A stretch of 36,464 nt of DNA, taken from NCBI GenBank assembly GCA_043754515.1, contig JAYUUO010000153.1, forward strand, positions 1 through 36,464. Direction: 5' to 3'. Below the pieces are notes generated by a model. It ran no database searches. It had not been told where the DNA came from and saw only the letters and a program-made list of their open reading frames with translations. The position numbers and the translations under genes were made by a program. How positions within the stretch are numbered: the stretch's first letter is position 1; each line of letters opens with the position of its first letter. This stretch comes from Armatimonadota bacterium. Lineage in GTDB: Bacteria; Armatimonadota; Armatimonadia; Armatimonadales; Armatimonadaceae. Shown here piece by piece: positions 8,197-17,946 of the stretch.

Positions 8197-8784
8197 CTAC
8201 ATCGGCGCGGGCGGTGCTTCCGAGACGCGGTTCTGGTACGCCACGGCGACGCGCCAGAGCGGGAACAGCGCGGCGGTCGCGGCGACGAGCAGGAGCAATA
8301 TCTTCTCCGTCTCGCGCCACTCAAAACCCTCGCCCTCTTTAAACTCGCCGGATATGAACAGGCCGTGCGCGAGACCCAGCACGAACACGGCGTAGGTGAG
8401 GTAGTGCAACCCGCGCCACACGCCGCGTTTCACCGTTTTGATCCGCAGTGAGGAGACCGTAACCACGATCAGGGCGTAGGCGGCGAGGATGCCGAGTCCG
8501 ATAAGCAAGTTCTGCTTCGGCGCGGTGAACGGCACGAGCACTTGAAGAACACCCATACCGGTCTTGTCACGTGCCAGCACCATCGGGATCGGGTGCAAGA
8601 GGAACAGCCCCGCGCCGATGAGCGAAATCGTCCGGTGGTACGTGAACGTCTTCCCGCGCAGCCACTTGATTTTTTGCGCGGTACGTGAAGCCAGAAGCGT
8701 ACCGCCGATACCCGATAGCACCAGCAATCCAACGCCGAGTAGCCCGATCACGCGGGCTATCTTGAGGAGAAGATCGCTGTCCAT
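8197..8784 (-). CDS. Ferric-reductase-like transmembrane (heme b) domain protein, MsrQ-like
   Basis: TM helices with paired His: YHRTISL...LLH and WRGLHYLTY...LAHG. Confidence 0.75.
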   Translation of the reverse strand: MDSDLLLKIARVIGLLGVGLLVLSGIGGTLLASRTAQKIKWLRGKTFTYHRTISLIGAGLFLLHPIPMVLARDKTGMGVLQVLVPFTAPKQNLLIGLGILAAYALIVVTVSSLRIKTVKRGVWRGLHYLTYAVFVLGLAHGLFISGEFKEGEGFEWRETEKILLLLVAATAALFPLWRVAVAYQNRVSEAPPAPM

Positions 8785-8811
8785 GGTTCGCGCTTCCTGT
8801 TGTCTAATCGG

Positions 8812-9453
8812 CTAATCGTCGGCGTCTTTCTTGCCGTTGCCCTTGATCCACTTGGCGTGTCCGTCGAAAAACAGAATCTGCGCACCCCCGCTATGGCGGA
8901 ACGTCGGCACGATCTCCTGCTGATTGATGTCCTTCTCCGCCTCGTACAGAAGGGTCGTGGTCGCGCTTCTCGTGACCGCATTGGTATACGGGTCGAGCCA
9001 GCCGCAACTGATCGGCTTGCCCTGGTAGAGTGTTGCCATGCGGTACGTGCCCGCACGCGCTTCCTTCTCGCGGTCGAAGTCGTCGGGGCAAGCGAATATC
9101 GCGCCGCTTTTCGTGTACGGGGCGCAGTCTACGATTAGCCCCGCGAATGAGCCGCCGTCGGGCGGGGTGTCGCCGTCGAAGTCGCTCGCGTACATCTGCG
9201 TCGCCAGCGCGATCTGGTGGTAGTTCGACAGGCACGCGGTCGCCCGCGCCTTCTCCCGCGACCGGGCGAACACGGGAAACAGTATCGCTGCGATGACGGC
9301 GATGATCGCGATGACGACGAGTAGCTCAATGATGGTGAAACCGCGCCCTCGACAAAAGCGGCTCAGCGAGACGCCGCGTCTTCTCGATTTGTCTGTCGCG
9401 GTTTGTGCCGGGGTGAAACCGGCGGAATAGTTACGGGGCAATTTTTTCTCCAA
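8812..9453 (-). CDS. DUF1559 prepilin-type N-terminal cleavage / H-X9-DG protein
   Basis: GFTIIELLVVIAIIAVIAAILFPVFARSREKARATACLSN and C-terminal RHSGGAQILFFDGHAKW. Start codon uncertain. Confidence 0.9.
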   Translation of the reverse strand: MEKKLPRNYSAGFTPAQTATDKSRRRGVSLSRFCRGRGFTIIELLVVIAIIAVIAAILFPVFARSREKARATACLSNYHQIALATQMYASDFDGDTPPDGGSFAGLIVDCAPYTKSGAIFACPDDFDREKEARAGTYRMATLYQGKPISCGWLDPYTNAVTRSATTTLLYEAEKDINQQEIVPTFRHSGGAQILFFDGHAKWIKGNGKKDADD

Positions 9454-9647
9454 GCGGATATGCCGCTCGGGTCGGGCGGCACCGCATATTCTACCCCACG
9501 TGCTTTGCTTTGCAAAGTATTTGGCAACGGATTCCGGTTAAGAGTTCTCTTAAAGAGGCGGGCGATCAGCGAAAGCGATTCGGGTTGGTGTCCTCCTGTG
9601 GTATTCATAATAACTGCATCAAAGCGATAAAGCGTCGCGAGACGTGA

Positions 9648-10388
9648 CTATTTGGCGTTCCCTGTCATCAGCATCTCAACAATTAACAGCGCGGTAAAGC
9701 CGACAAAGAAAATGGCACTGAGCGCGGGGCTGTCGGGTTCCTCATGCGCTTCGACCAGTAGCTCCTCGGTCACAAGATAAAGAAGTGCCGCCGCGCCGAA
9801 CGTCAGCACCACATCGAGCCAGAAACCGGTCAGCCCGGGAAGGAGTCCCGCCCCGACACCCGCCCCGATCAGCAGTGCCAGCGCGAGGGCGGCGACGGTG
9901 AGCAGAGCGCGCCCGCGCGGCACGCCCGCTTTCGTCAGGGCAACGGCGGCGGACATCCCGAGGAACAGCACTTCGCCCGCGAGCGCGACCGTGAGCAGTA
10001 GCCCCTGCTTCGCTCCCGCCGCGAACCCGACCCCGATGAGCAGTCCGTCAATCGAGACGTCCACGCCGAGTGCGATCAGCAAGGTGTTCGGAGATTCCGA
10101 TTTACTTTCCTTTTCGTCCGGCTTGCTCTCCGCGAGCCGTTTAACACCGAACACGGTTCCTACGCCAAGTGCCATACCGAGCACGGTGGCGATAGGCGAA
10201 TGGTCGTGCAGAATCTCCGGGAGTAGTTCTACCGCGACGGCGGCGAACACGATGCCCGCCGCCAAATGTTGTGTCGCGCTTCGCACCTTCGCGCCGGGGG
10301 GACGCACAAGAGCGATTGCGCCACCGAGCAGAATAGCGGCGGTGGGTATCAGGGCGTAGAGCAAGACGTTCACGATGGGGCTTGTCAT
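9648..10388 (-). CDS. ZIP-family divalent metal transporter (ZupT-like)
   Basis: HLAAGIVFAAVAVELLPE, DVSIDGLLIGVGF, FGAAALLYLVTEELLVEAH. About 8 TM segments. Confidence 0.85.
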   Translation of the reverse strand: MTSPIVNVLLYALIPTAAILLGGAIALVRPPGAKVRSATQHLAAGIVFAAVAVELLPEILHDHSPIATVLGMALGVGTVFGVKRLAESKPDEKESKSESPNTLLIALGVDVSIDGLLIGVGFAAGAKQGLLLTVALAGEVLFLGMSAAVALTKAGVPRGRALLTVAALALALLIGAGVGAGLLPGLTGFWLDVVLTFGAAALLYLVTEELLVEAHEEPDSPALSAIFFVGFTALLIVEMLMTGNAK

Positions 10389-10618
10389 GAGCTGTCTTTC
10401 ATCAAGAGCGACTGACCGGCGCGTATACTTTCGGCAAGTTCCACCGGAATAACAAACACGCCACCGTCACCTGTATTACCCGTGTGAGCGCATTCTTTAA
10501 TTTTGGCGACGACCGCATCTACCATGGCGTCCGGTACCATGGTTCCGAGTTTTGCCTTGACGCTGATTGCTCGCGCCTCGGATACGGTGACACCGGGCAG
10601 ATTCTCTACACGAAAAAG
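10385..10618 (-). pseudogene. 5'-truncated P-II-family protein remnant
   Basis: Own translation: VENLPGVTVSEARAISVKAKLGTMVPDAMVDAVVAKIKECAHTGNTGDGGVFVIPVELAESIRAGQ, with the P-II TG..GDG..FV.PV....IR.G motif. In-frame TAA at 10621-10619 and no proper N-terminus. Its stop overlaps the ZIP start (ATGA). Confidence 0.75.
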
Positions 10619-10694
10619 TTATTTTCTTGAGGTAGGTTCTTCGCTGTCAAGAGGAGTTTCCTTCTTTAATCGGAGGGACGAAAGTTCCAACGGG

Positions 10695-10747
10695 AGAAAA
10701 GAACAGTCCTCTGTCAAAACTTTTAGTTCGGACAGAGGACTGTTCTT
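10695..10747 (-). terminator. Intrinsic terminator after the ArsR operon
   Basis: 17-bp perfect stem aagaacagtcctctgtc (10699-10715) / gacagaggactgttctt (10731-10747), with a short U-rich tail on the minus strand. Confidence 0.7.
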
Positions 10748-10774
10748 CTTTGCCTGATATTCACTCGACGCGGA

Positions 10775-11032
10775 CTACGGGCAGTCATCACACGGCGGGC
10801 AGACCGGGCAGTTCGGAGTCGGGGGGCAATCTCCCTTCTTAGCCGCTTGCGCGGCGCATTGCGTGGCCTTCGGAGCGGCTTTCGCGCCTTTAGGTTCGCA
10901 GTTCGTTGTCGGACACGTCACGCACGATTTAACCTTCGGGGCATTGCCCGTTTGGGTTTTCGTTGCGGCATTGGCGATGCCGATAGCGGCGCACAGGCCG
11001 ACGAACGCCGTTGCCATGAGTAGATTTTTCAT
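10775..11032 (-). CDS. Small exported Cys-rich protein (metallothionein-like candidate)
   Basis: Signal peptide MKNLLMATAFVGLCAAIGIANA, and 9 Cys in the mature part (CVTC...CPPTPNCPVCPPCDDCP). Strong SD GGAGGT. Confidence 0.75.
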   Translation of the reverse strand: MKNLLMATAFVGLCAAIGIANAATKTQTGNAPKVKSCVTCPTTNCEPKGAKAAPKATQCAAQAAKKGDCPPTPNCPVCPPCDDCP

Positions 11033-11049
11033 TGTTTTTCACCTCCTTC

Positions 11050-11424
11050 CTATGTTTCGTTCAACTGGCCGGCGCCAAGGATGCAACACCCTTCAACCCG
11101 GAGTCGTAGCCGTTCACGCACCCCGTCCGCGTCTCGTCTCAAGCGTTTGTCACGAGAAAGCGCGGACTCATGAGCGCAAAAGATGGTGTCAAGAAGTGGC
11201 GCGGTGGTGGCTTCCAACCCGTAATAAATCCACTTACCGTCCTTGCGCGTGTTGACCAAACCCGCTTGCCGCACGGTTTGCAGGTGGGTGGATAATGTGG
11301 ACTGACTCATTTCCAGTGAGTCGCTGAGTTCACATACACACAGTTCGCTTTGGCGAAGGGCGGCGAGAATGCGGATTCGGGTGGGATCGGCAAGGGCTTT
11401 GCCCAAGAGGACTAAATCATTCAT
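11050..11424 (-). CDS. ArsR/SmtB-family metalloregulator
   Basis: KALADPTRIRIL..L...ELCVCEL...MSQSTLSTHL..VRQAGLV..RKDGKWIYY, plus a C-terminal CC. Confidence 0.93.
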   Translation of the reverse strand: MNDLVLLGKALADPTRIRILAALRQSELCVCELSDSLEMSQSTLSTHLQTVRQAGLVNTRKDGKWIYYGLEATTAPLLDTIFCAHESALSRDKRLRRDADGVRERLRLRVEGCCILGAGQLNET

Positions 11425-11434
11425 AACGTATCTT

Positions 11435-11482
11435 CATATCGGGAATTAACGATATGTTATAGGCAATGGAGACGGATGTCAA
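11435..11482 (-). promoter_or_regulatory. arsR promoter with overlapping palindromic operator
   Basis: TTGACA (11482-11477), 17 nt, TAACAT (11459-11454). Inverted repeat CATATCG-N8-CGATATG at 11435-11456. Confidence 0.75.
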
Positions 11483-11624
11483 GCCCGTAACAGAAAAACT
11501 TCCTTCGGTTGTCCTTCACCGCTTTTGCCGTAGGCTAATAGCTTGCTCTTGCAGGAGAGTCCGGTCTCATTCCTATTGTTGTGGAACACGCGGCGGGGCA
11601 AAAATCGCCCCGCCCTCCCCCGTA

Positions 11625-14600
11625 TCAAACACTATGTGGCTGTCGCCCGTCCACTTCCTGCGACTCGTCCTTCATGAACGATGCGTACAGCATGGGCAAC
11701 ACCACGAGAGTCAGGATGGTAGACGACACGATACCGCCGATGACGACTGTGGCGAGGGGGCGCTGGACTTCCGCGCCGATTCCCGTGTTAAGGGCCATCG
11801 GCATAAAACCAATCGCGGCGACGAGCGCGGTCATCAGCACCGGGCGCAGACGGGCGTTCGCGCCTTCCCATACCGCGTCTTTCACTGTTCTGCCTTCCGC
11901 CCGGAGCGCGTTGATCGCCGAAACCATCACCACGCCGTTCAGCACCGCCACGCCGGACAGGGCGATAAAGCCGATGCCCGCCGAAATCGAGAGCGGCAAG
12001 CCCCGCGAGACCAGCCCGAACACGCCGCCCGTAACCGCGAGTGGAACCCCGGTAAAGATAAGTAGCGACTGTTTCAGGTCGCCGAACGACAGGAACAGGA
12101 GCGCGAAGATCAGCCCCAGCGCGAGCGGCACGACAAGTGCGAGCCGCGCCGCCGCCCTTTGCAGGTTCTCGAACTGCCCGCTCCACTCGACGTAATAGCC
12201 GGTCGGCAGTTTCACGTCGCGCTTGATTCTCGCCCGCGCCTCGTTCACGAACCCGCCGAGGTCGCGCCCGCGCACGTTCGCCAGCACCACCGCGAACCGC
12301 TTGCCCTGCTCGCGGGTCACTTGCGGCGGCGCGCCTGTCATCTGAATCGTCGCCACGCTGTCGAGGCGCACCGCGCCGCCGCCCGGCGTCGTGATTGGCA
12401 GGGCGCGGAGCGCGTTCACGTCGGTGCGGTCAGACTCCGGCAGGCGAACGGTCATATCGAACCGCTTGTCGCCCTCGATAATTTGACCCACGGAGCGGCC
12501 GGCAAGGGCGGTGGCGACCCATTCCTGCGCATCGCTGATGTTCACGCCGACACGGGCGAGAGTGTTTCTATCCATCGTGATCTGCAAAACAGGGATCGAA
12601 TCCAGCGCGGGCGACGTGACGTCGGCGGCCCCCGGAACCATTTTCAGCACGGCGGCGATACGTGCCGCCTGTTTATTCAGTTCGTCCAGGTCCTCGCCGA
12701 ACACTTTGATACCGATGTTCGCCTTCACGCCAGAGGTCAATTCGTCGAAACGCATCTGAATCGGCTGGGTGAAGCCGTACCCCTGCCCCGGCACGACTTT
12801 GAGTTTTTCCTCTATCTCTTCGATGAGCTTGACTTTGGTGACTCCTTTGCGCCACTGATTTCGCGGCTTGAGCATGACATATGTATCCGTGAGGCTCATC
12901 GGCATGGGGTCTGTGGCGACCTCGCCCGTGCCACTCCGCGAAAACACGGTGGTGACTTCGGGAATCGCTTTGAGAACCCGTTCCGCCTCTTCCACCAATT
13001 TGAGAGTCTCTTTTTCGCCCACCGTTCGCAGACGCACCGGCTGCACCAGTACATCGCCCTCGTCGAGTTGTGGAATAAACTCCGTGCCGAGCCGCGACGC
13101 CAGCACACCGGCGAGGACGAGGATGCCGACCGCGCCCGCCGCGACCGCGAAGCGCGAACGGAGCGACCACGAAAGCACCGGACGGTACACGGCGGAAAAG
13201 AACGCCATCACGGGATTCTTGCCCTCGCGCGTGTCGCCGGACAGGAACATCGCGCAGAGCGTCGGAATCAGAGTCATCGTCAGCATCAACGCGCCGACCA
13301 GCGCAAACACGACCGTCAGTGCCATCGGGCGGAACATCTTGCCTTCCGTGCCTTCCAGGGTCAGGATCGGCAGGTAGACCACGGTAATAATCGTGACCGC
13401 GAACGCGACCGGGGTTGCCACTTGCGCGGATGAGCGGTACACCTGCTCGCGCACTTCGGCACGGGTCAAAGTACGCCCGACCTTTTCGCGCCGGTGCGAG
13501 AGTTCCGCGACCGCGTGTTCCACCATCACCACCGCGCCGTCCACGATCAGGCCGAAGTCAATCGCGCCGAGGCTCATCAGGTTGCCCGACACGCCGAATC
13601 GGTTCATCAGGGTCACGGCGAATAGCATGGAGAGCGGGATGGCGAGCGCGACGATCACTGCCCCGCGCCAGTTGCCAAGAAGCGCGAGCAGGATAACGAC
13701 GACCAGTATGCCGCCTTCGAGCAGGCTCCACTCCACCGTCTCTACCGCGTGGCCGACCAACTCCGAGCGGTTGTAAACCGGGCTAAGTAACACATTCGGG
13801 GGCAGTTGCTCCTGAATCGCCTTCAGTCGCTCCTCGGCGGCGAGGGCGACCGTGCGGCCGTTCGCGCCTTTGAGCATCATCACGACCCCTAGAACGACTT
13901 CCCTGCCGTCCTTCGTGGCGACGCCGGTGCGGAGCGGCGTTCCGATCACGATGTCGGCGACGTCGCGCAGCAAGATCGGCGTACCGTGCTCGGCTTCCAC
14001 CACGATGTTTCCGATGTCGTCCGCGCCGGTCGCCATGCCGATACTCCGCACGATGGTCTGCTCGCCCTTTCGCTCGATAAAGCCGCCGCCCGCGTTCTGG
14101 TTGTTCTTCTGCGCGGCTTCGATGACCTGGGCGAGCGACACGCCCCGCGAGCGCATCCGCTGTGGGTCAATGCGGATTTCGTACTGCTTTTCGTAGCCGC
14201 CCTGACTGTTGACCTCGGCGACGCCGGGGACGGTGCGCAGTCGCGGGCGGATCGTCCAGTCCATCAGCGTCCGTAGTTCCATCGGGGTTTGTGTGTCGCT
14301 TTCGACAACGAACTGAAACACCTCGCCAAGCCCGGTGGAAACCGGCCCCATGGCGGGGGCGTTCACGGCAGGCGGCAGCTGCTCACGCACGGTCTGGAGC
14401 CGTTCATTAACGAGTTGGCGGGCGAAGTAGATGTCCACGTCCTCTTTGAAAGTCACTGTGACTTGCGACAAGCCGTACTGCGACAGGGAGCGCACCTGCG
14501 TCACGCCCGGAACGCCGCCGAGTGTGGTCTCAATCGGAAACGTGACCAACTTCTCGACTTCGGCAGGAGCCATCCCCGGCGTGCGCGTGTTGATTTGCAC

Positions 14601-14738
14601 CTGATTCGGGGTAATGTCCGGCACGGCATCGAGTGTCAGGCTGTTCCACGACACGACTCCGATACCGACGAGGAGCAAGGTAGCGACAACTACGAGGAAG
14701 CGTTGCGCGATACTCCACTGCAAAATGCGTTGTAACAT
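11625..14738 (-). CDS. czcA: CzcA/CusA-family heavy-metal efflux RND permease
   Basis: 1037 aa. DAVPDIT, NLMSLGAIDFGLIVDGAVVMVE (HME TM4 motif), EGKMFRPMA, RLRPVLMTA, GAEVQRPLATVVIGG. Confidence 0.95.
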   Translation of the reverse strand: MLQRILQWSIAQRFLVVVATLLLVGIGVVSWNSLTLDAVPDITPNQVQINTRTPGMAPAEVEKLVTFPIETTLGGVPGVTQVRSLSQYGLSQVTVTFKEDVDIYFARQLVNERLQTVREQLPPAVNAPAMGPVSTGLGEVFQFVVESDTQTPMELRTLMDWTIRPRLRTVPGVAEVNSQGGYEKQYEIRIDPQRMRSRGVSLAQVIEAAQKNNQNAGGGFIERKGEQTIVRSIGMATGADDIGNIVVEAEHGTPILLRDVADIVIGTPLRTGVATKDGREVVLGVVMMLKGANGRTVALAAEERLKAIQEQLPPNVLLSPVYNRSELVGHAVETVEWSLLEGGILVVVILLALLGNWRGAVIVALAIPLSMLFAVTLMNRFGVSGNLMSLGAIDFGLIVDGAVVMVEHAVAELSHRREKVGRTLTRAEVREQVYRSSAQVATPVAFAVTIITVVYLPILTLEGTEGKMFRPMALTVVFALVGALMLTMTLIPTLCAMFLSGDTREGKNPVMAFFSAVYRPVLSWSLRSRFAVAAGAVGILVLAGVLASRLGTEFIPQLDEGDVLVQPVRLRTVGEKETLKLVEEAERVLKAIPEVTTVFSRSGTGEVATDPMPMSLTDTYVMLKPRNQWRKGVTKVKLIEEIEEKLKVVPGQGYGFTQPIQMRFDELTSGVKANIGIKVFGEDLDELNKQAARIAAVLKMVPGAADVTSPALDSIPVLQITMDRNTLARVGVNISDAQEWVATALAGRSVGQIIEGDKRFDMTVRLPESDRTDVNALRALPITTPGGGAVRLDSVATIQMTGAPPQVTREQGKRFAVVLANVRGRDLGGFVNEARARIKRDVKLPTGYYVEWSGQFENLQRAAARLALVVPLALGLIFALLFLSFGDLKQSLLIFTGVPLAVTGGVFGLVSRGLPLSISAGIGFIALSGVAVLNGVVMVSAINALRAEGRTVKDAVWEGANARLRPVLMTALVAAIGFMPMALNTGIGAEVQRPLATVVIGGIVSSTILTLVVLPMLYASFMKDESQEVDGRQPHSV

Positions 14739-14741
14739 AGT

Positions 14742-16391
14742 TTAATCGTCTCCCTTTAGTTTGTTTTTCTTGCTTTCGCTTTTGACCACGAACATCCCGT
14801 CCATGACAACCCGTTCACCCGCTTTCACGCCGGAAGCGATCTCGACCATGCCGCCGACCGTCTTCCCGGTTATGACTTTTCGCTTCTCGAAACCTCCCTC
14901 TACGGCGACATAGACGAACCGATCCTCGCCGTCTTCGTCCACCGCCGCGTCCGGCACGGCAATACTCGAACGTGTTGCCCCGGTTTCGAGCGACACGCGG
15001 GCGAACATCTCCGGCTTCAGTGCCCCCTGGGGATTACGAACGAGGCAACGCACCGGCAAAGCGCGGGTTTTCTCATCCACCGCGCTACCGACGCTTTGCA
15101 CGACGCCCGTGAACACGGTCCTGGGGTATGCCGCGACGGTCACTGTGACCGGGGCATTCGGGCGAACCTTCGCCGCGTCCGCTTCGGGGACGCTGGCGAC
15201 GACGGTCACTAGCGACAGGTTTTGCACCGTGAAGAGGACGCTCGCCCGTTCCACCGCCTGTCCGAGGGTGACGCGGCGTTCGGCGATAGTTCCTGCGATG
15301 GGGGCGTGCAGGGCGATGCGCCCCGCCCCACCCGACGCGTGACCGCTTCCTTCCAGGGCACGCAAATTGGCAAGGGCCGCGCGCTCCGTGACGATTGTCC
15401 CCGAGAGCGCGGTGCGGGCCGACTGCGCTTGCTTTTGTGACTGCCGTACCTCGCCTTGCGCGGCGGCGAGTTCCGCCGCCGCCCCTTGCACTGCCTGCCG
15501 GTTCAAAAGACCGCTGCCGTACACGCGCCGCTCACGGGCTAGCGCGGTTTGCGCGATGGCGACTTGTTGCTTTGCCCGTTCGCTTTGCGCCTCTGCCTGC
15601 GCGACGGCGGCCTGAGCCTGTTCGAGTTCGGCACGGGGCGCGATCTGGGCATCGAACAGCCTTTGGGCGCGGGTGGCAACGGAACGGGCGAGCGCGAGGG
15701 ACGTATCCGCCGCCTTCCGTGCTGCCTGGGCTTCGGACAAGGCGTTTTGAGCCGCTTGCAGGGACGGCTGGGCGAGTTGCCCGGAAGCGGCGAGTTCCTT
15801 CTGGCGCGACAGGGCCGACTGTGCGCTTGCGGCTTTCGTTCGCGTCTGCTCGACGCCCGCCTCGGCGGACTGTACCGCGGACCGCGCTTCGGCGATTTTT
15901 GCCTCCGCCTCCCGCACGGCGGCGTGTGCCTGCGCTACTTCGGGGCTATCGAGAAGCGCAAGCCGTTGCCCCGCTTTCACCGTATCGCCAGGCTGTGCAA
16001 ATAGTTCGATCAGGGTGCCAGAAACGGGCGGGGTCACGGTCGCGCCCCGGTCGGGCGCTACCGTGACGATGCCGGGGGCGGACAGTGTCTGCGCGAGGGG
16101 CAACAGTTTTACGGTAACTGTTTGAATCCCCGCGGTTTTCCCCGCATCGGGCGAGAGGGTAATCAGTCCACTCGTCGCGGCATCAGCGGGTTTTGTTCCC
16201 TCGGACTTCGCCTCCCGCGTGGCGGCGGGGGGAGGCGTGGGAGACGCCCCCCGCCCGACGAAATAGGCGATACCGGACGCGACCAACACGAGCGGCAGTA
16301 GGGCGACAACGGGAATCCCGCCGCGCCGTGGCGCGGGCGGTGTTATGGTCTGGGTCGTTTCGTTTTCTTTGGTTTCAACAGTCGTATACAT
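14742..16391 (-). CDS. czcB: RND periplasmic adaptor (CzcB-like) with long coiled-coil hairpin
   Basis: N-terminal TM, lipoyl halves (PVSG..PGDTVKAGQ; APIAGTI), DEKTRALPVR, LKPEMFARV. Lies between TolC and czcA. Confidence 0.9.
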   Translation of the reverse strand: MYTTVETKENETTQTITPPAPRRGGIPVVALLPLVLVASGIAYFVGRGASPTPPPAATREAKSEGTKPADAATSGLITLSPDAGKTAGIQTVTVKLLPLAQTLSAPGIVTVAPDRGATVTPPVSGTLIELFAQPGDTVKAGQRLALLDSPEVAQAHAAVREAEAKIAEARSAVQSAEAGVEQTRTKAASAQSALSRQKELAASGQLAQPSLQAAQNALSEAQAARKAADTSLALARSVATRAQRLFDAQIAPRAELEQAQAAVAQAEAQSERAKQQVAIAQTALARERRVYGSGLLNRQAVQGAAAELAAAQGEVRQSQKQAQSARTALSGTIVTERAALANLRALEGSGHASGGAGRIALHAPIAGTIAERRVTLGQAVERASVLFTVQNLSLVTVVASVPEADAAKVRPNAPVTVTVAAYPRTVFTGVVQSVGSAVDEKTRALPVRCLVRNPQGALKPEMFARVSLETGATRSSIAVPDAAVDEDGEDRFVYVAVEGGFEKRKVITGKTVGGMVEIASGVKAGERVVMDGMFVVKSESKKNKLKGDD

Positions 16392-16405
16392 AAAGAATCG
16401 TTCCT

Positions 16406-17821
16406 CTACGGGGTCGGTAAAAAGGTCTCGGGAACCGCGCCAGAGGCACGTTCTAGCGCGGCGCGGGCGATGGCAAGGGTGGTGAGCGCGTCGGCATACT
16501 CGTTCTGGATGCCGATGTAGGAGCGTTGGGCTTCAAGGAGCGCGACCACGGACACGCGTCCCTCTCGGAAGCCGAGCTGACTGGCGTCAAGGAGTCGTTT
16601 CGCCTGCTCCAGGACGCCGCCGCGATAGCTCGTCCGCACCGTTTCGGCGCCGGCGAACCGCATTTGCGCCTGCGCGATCTCCTGCCGGATGTCGTTTTGC
16701 GCGGCGACAATGCGCGATTCCTGCGCCTTTGCGCCTTCTTCCGCCTGTCGAATCCGGTTTTTGCGGCTCCCGTGGTCGAAGAAAGGCAGGGTCAGGGCGA
16801 CGCCGATTCCCACGCCCTGTCCTTGACTCGCGGGTTGCAACCCGCGCAAGAAGTTGCCGACGCGCACTTGCGGGGCAATGTCAGGACGCCCTTCGGCACG
16901 GGCGAGCGCGGCTTCGGCGCGAAAACGGTCGCGCAGAGCGACGGCGGACCGGGTCTCCCCGCGGGCGGAGAATGCCCGTGTAGCGAGCGCATCGCCCGCA
17001 TCGGGAACAGTGGGCGGCGTACCGGGCGGCAGGATCATCGGCGCGTTGTCCTGTTGGCGGGAAGCCCCTTGCGGGTGAAAAACTCCTTGCGCGGCGGTCT
17101 CGCCCGACGTTTGCGGGGAAATGAGTCCCGTGCCACCCGCGCCCGATGCTTGCGGATCGGGGGCATCCAGACTGAGTAGCGGAATGCTTTGCGTTACCGA
17201 ACGGGCGAGGAGCGTGTTGAGAACGGCGACGGATTCGGCGGTAGCCCCGTCCGCTAGGGTGACTTCGCGCTGGGAACGCGCCACTTCGATACCGGTCTGC
17301 GCCAGATCAATCCCGGCGCGCGCGCCCGCCTCGACCTGTATCCGGGCGACCCGGTCCGCCTCCCGCGCCACCGCGAGTAGCTCGCGGGCTATCCCCGACC
17401 GTCGCTGTGCCCGCGCCACGGTGTAGTAGGCGACCTTGGTTTGGTAGACGATATCGCGCAGGGTGACGAGCGATCCGGCCCGCGCCCCGCGCAGGTCGGC
17501 GTTCGCGACGGCGGCTCGTGCCTGGCGAACCCCGTTGAGTTCGAGCGGTTGCTGGGCGAGAAACTCCTCGCCCGTGCCGCTAATGCTGGTGATGCCGGGG
17601 GCGAAAAACACGGTGGGATTGGTGAGTGCACGGACAGAGCGCACCCCGGCCGTTGCCGCCCGAACATCGCGGACGGCGGCGTCGAGGCGCGGGTTGCGGG
17701 ACACGGCGAGGCACACGGCGTCGTCTACCGAAAGCGGATCGGTTGCTTGTCCCCAGGCGGGCAAACTCGCTATAAGGGGAACCAGACCACCCAATACAAA
17801 AAGCGCGAAATGTCGCGGCAT
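16406..17821 (-). CDS. czcC: TolC-family outer-membrane efflux protein (CzcC-like)
   Basis: Signal peptide, LSVDDAV..AV.RNP.L, LTLPFFD, GFREGRVSVVALLEAQR. SD CAGGAG. Confidence 0.88.
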   Translation of the reverse strand: MPRHFALFVLGGLVPLIASLPAWGQATDPLSVDDAVCLAVSRNPRLDAAVRDVRAATAGVRSVRALTNPTVFFAPGITSISGTGEEFLAQQPLELNGVRQARAAVANADLRGARAGSLVTLRDIVYQTKVAYYTVARAQRRSGIARELLAVAREADRVARIQVEAGARAGIDLAQTGIEVARSQREVTLADGATAESVAVLNTLLARSVTQSIPLLSLDAPDPQASGAGGTGLISPQTSGETAAQGVFHPQGASRQQDNAPMILPPGTPPTVPDAGDALATRAFSARGETRSAVALRDRFRAEAALARAEGRPDIAPQVRVGNFLRGLQPASQGQGVGIGVALTLPFFDHGSRKNRIRQAEEGAKAQESRIVAAQNDIRQEIAQAQMRFAGAETVRTSYRGGVLEQAKRLLDASQLGFREGRVSVVALLEAQRSYIGIQNEYADALTTLAIARAALERASGAVPETFLPTP

Positions 17822-17946
17822 AAGAAGAACTCCTGACTGAAACGGCGGAGTGTCGTCCCCAAACGGGGGCGGGGAACCGGTGCGTCAGGAGGCGCGGCGC
17901 GGGAAACTAAAAGCGCGGCGACATCCCGACACATCCGGCTCGCGAA

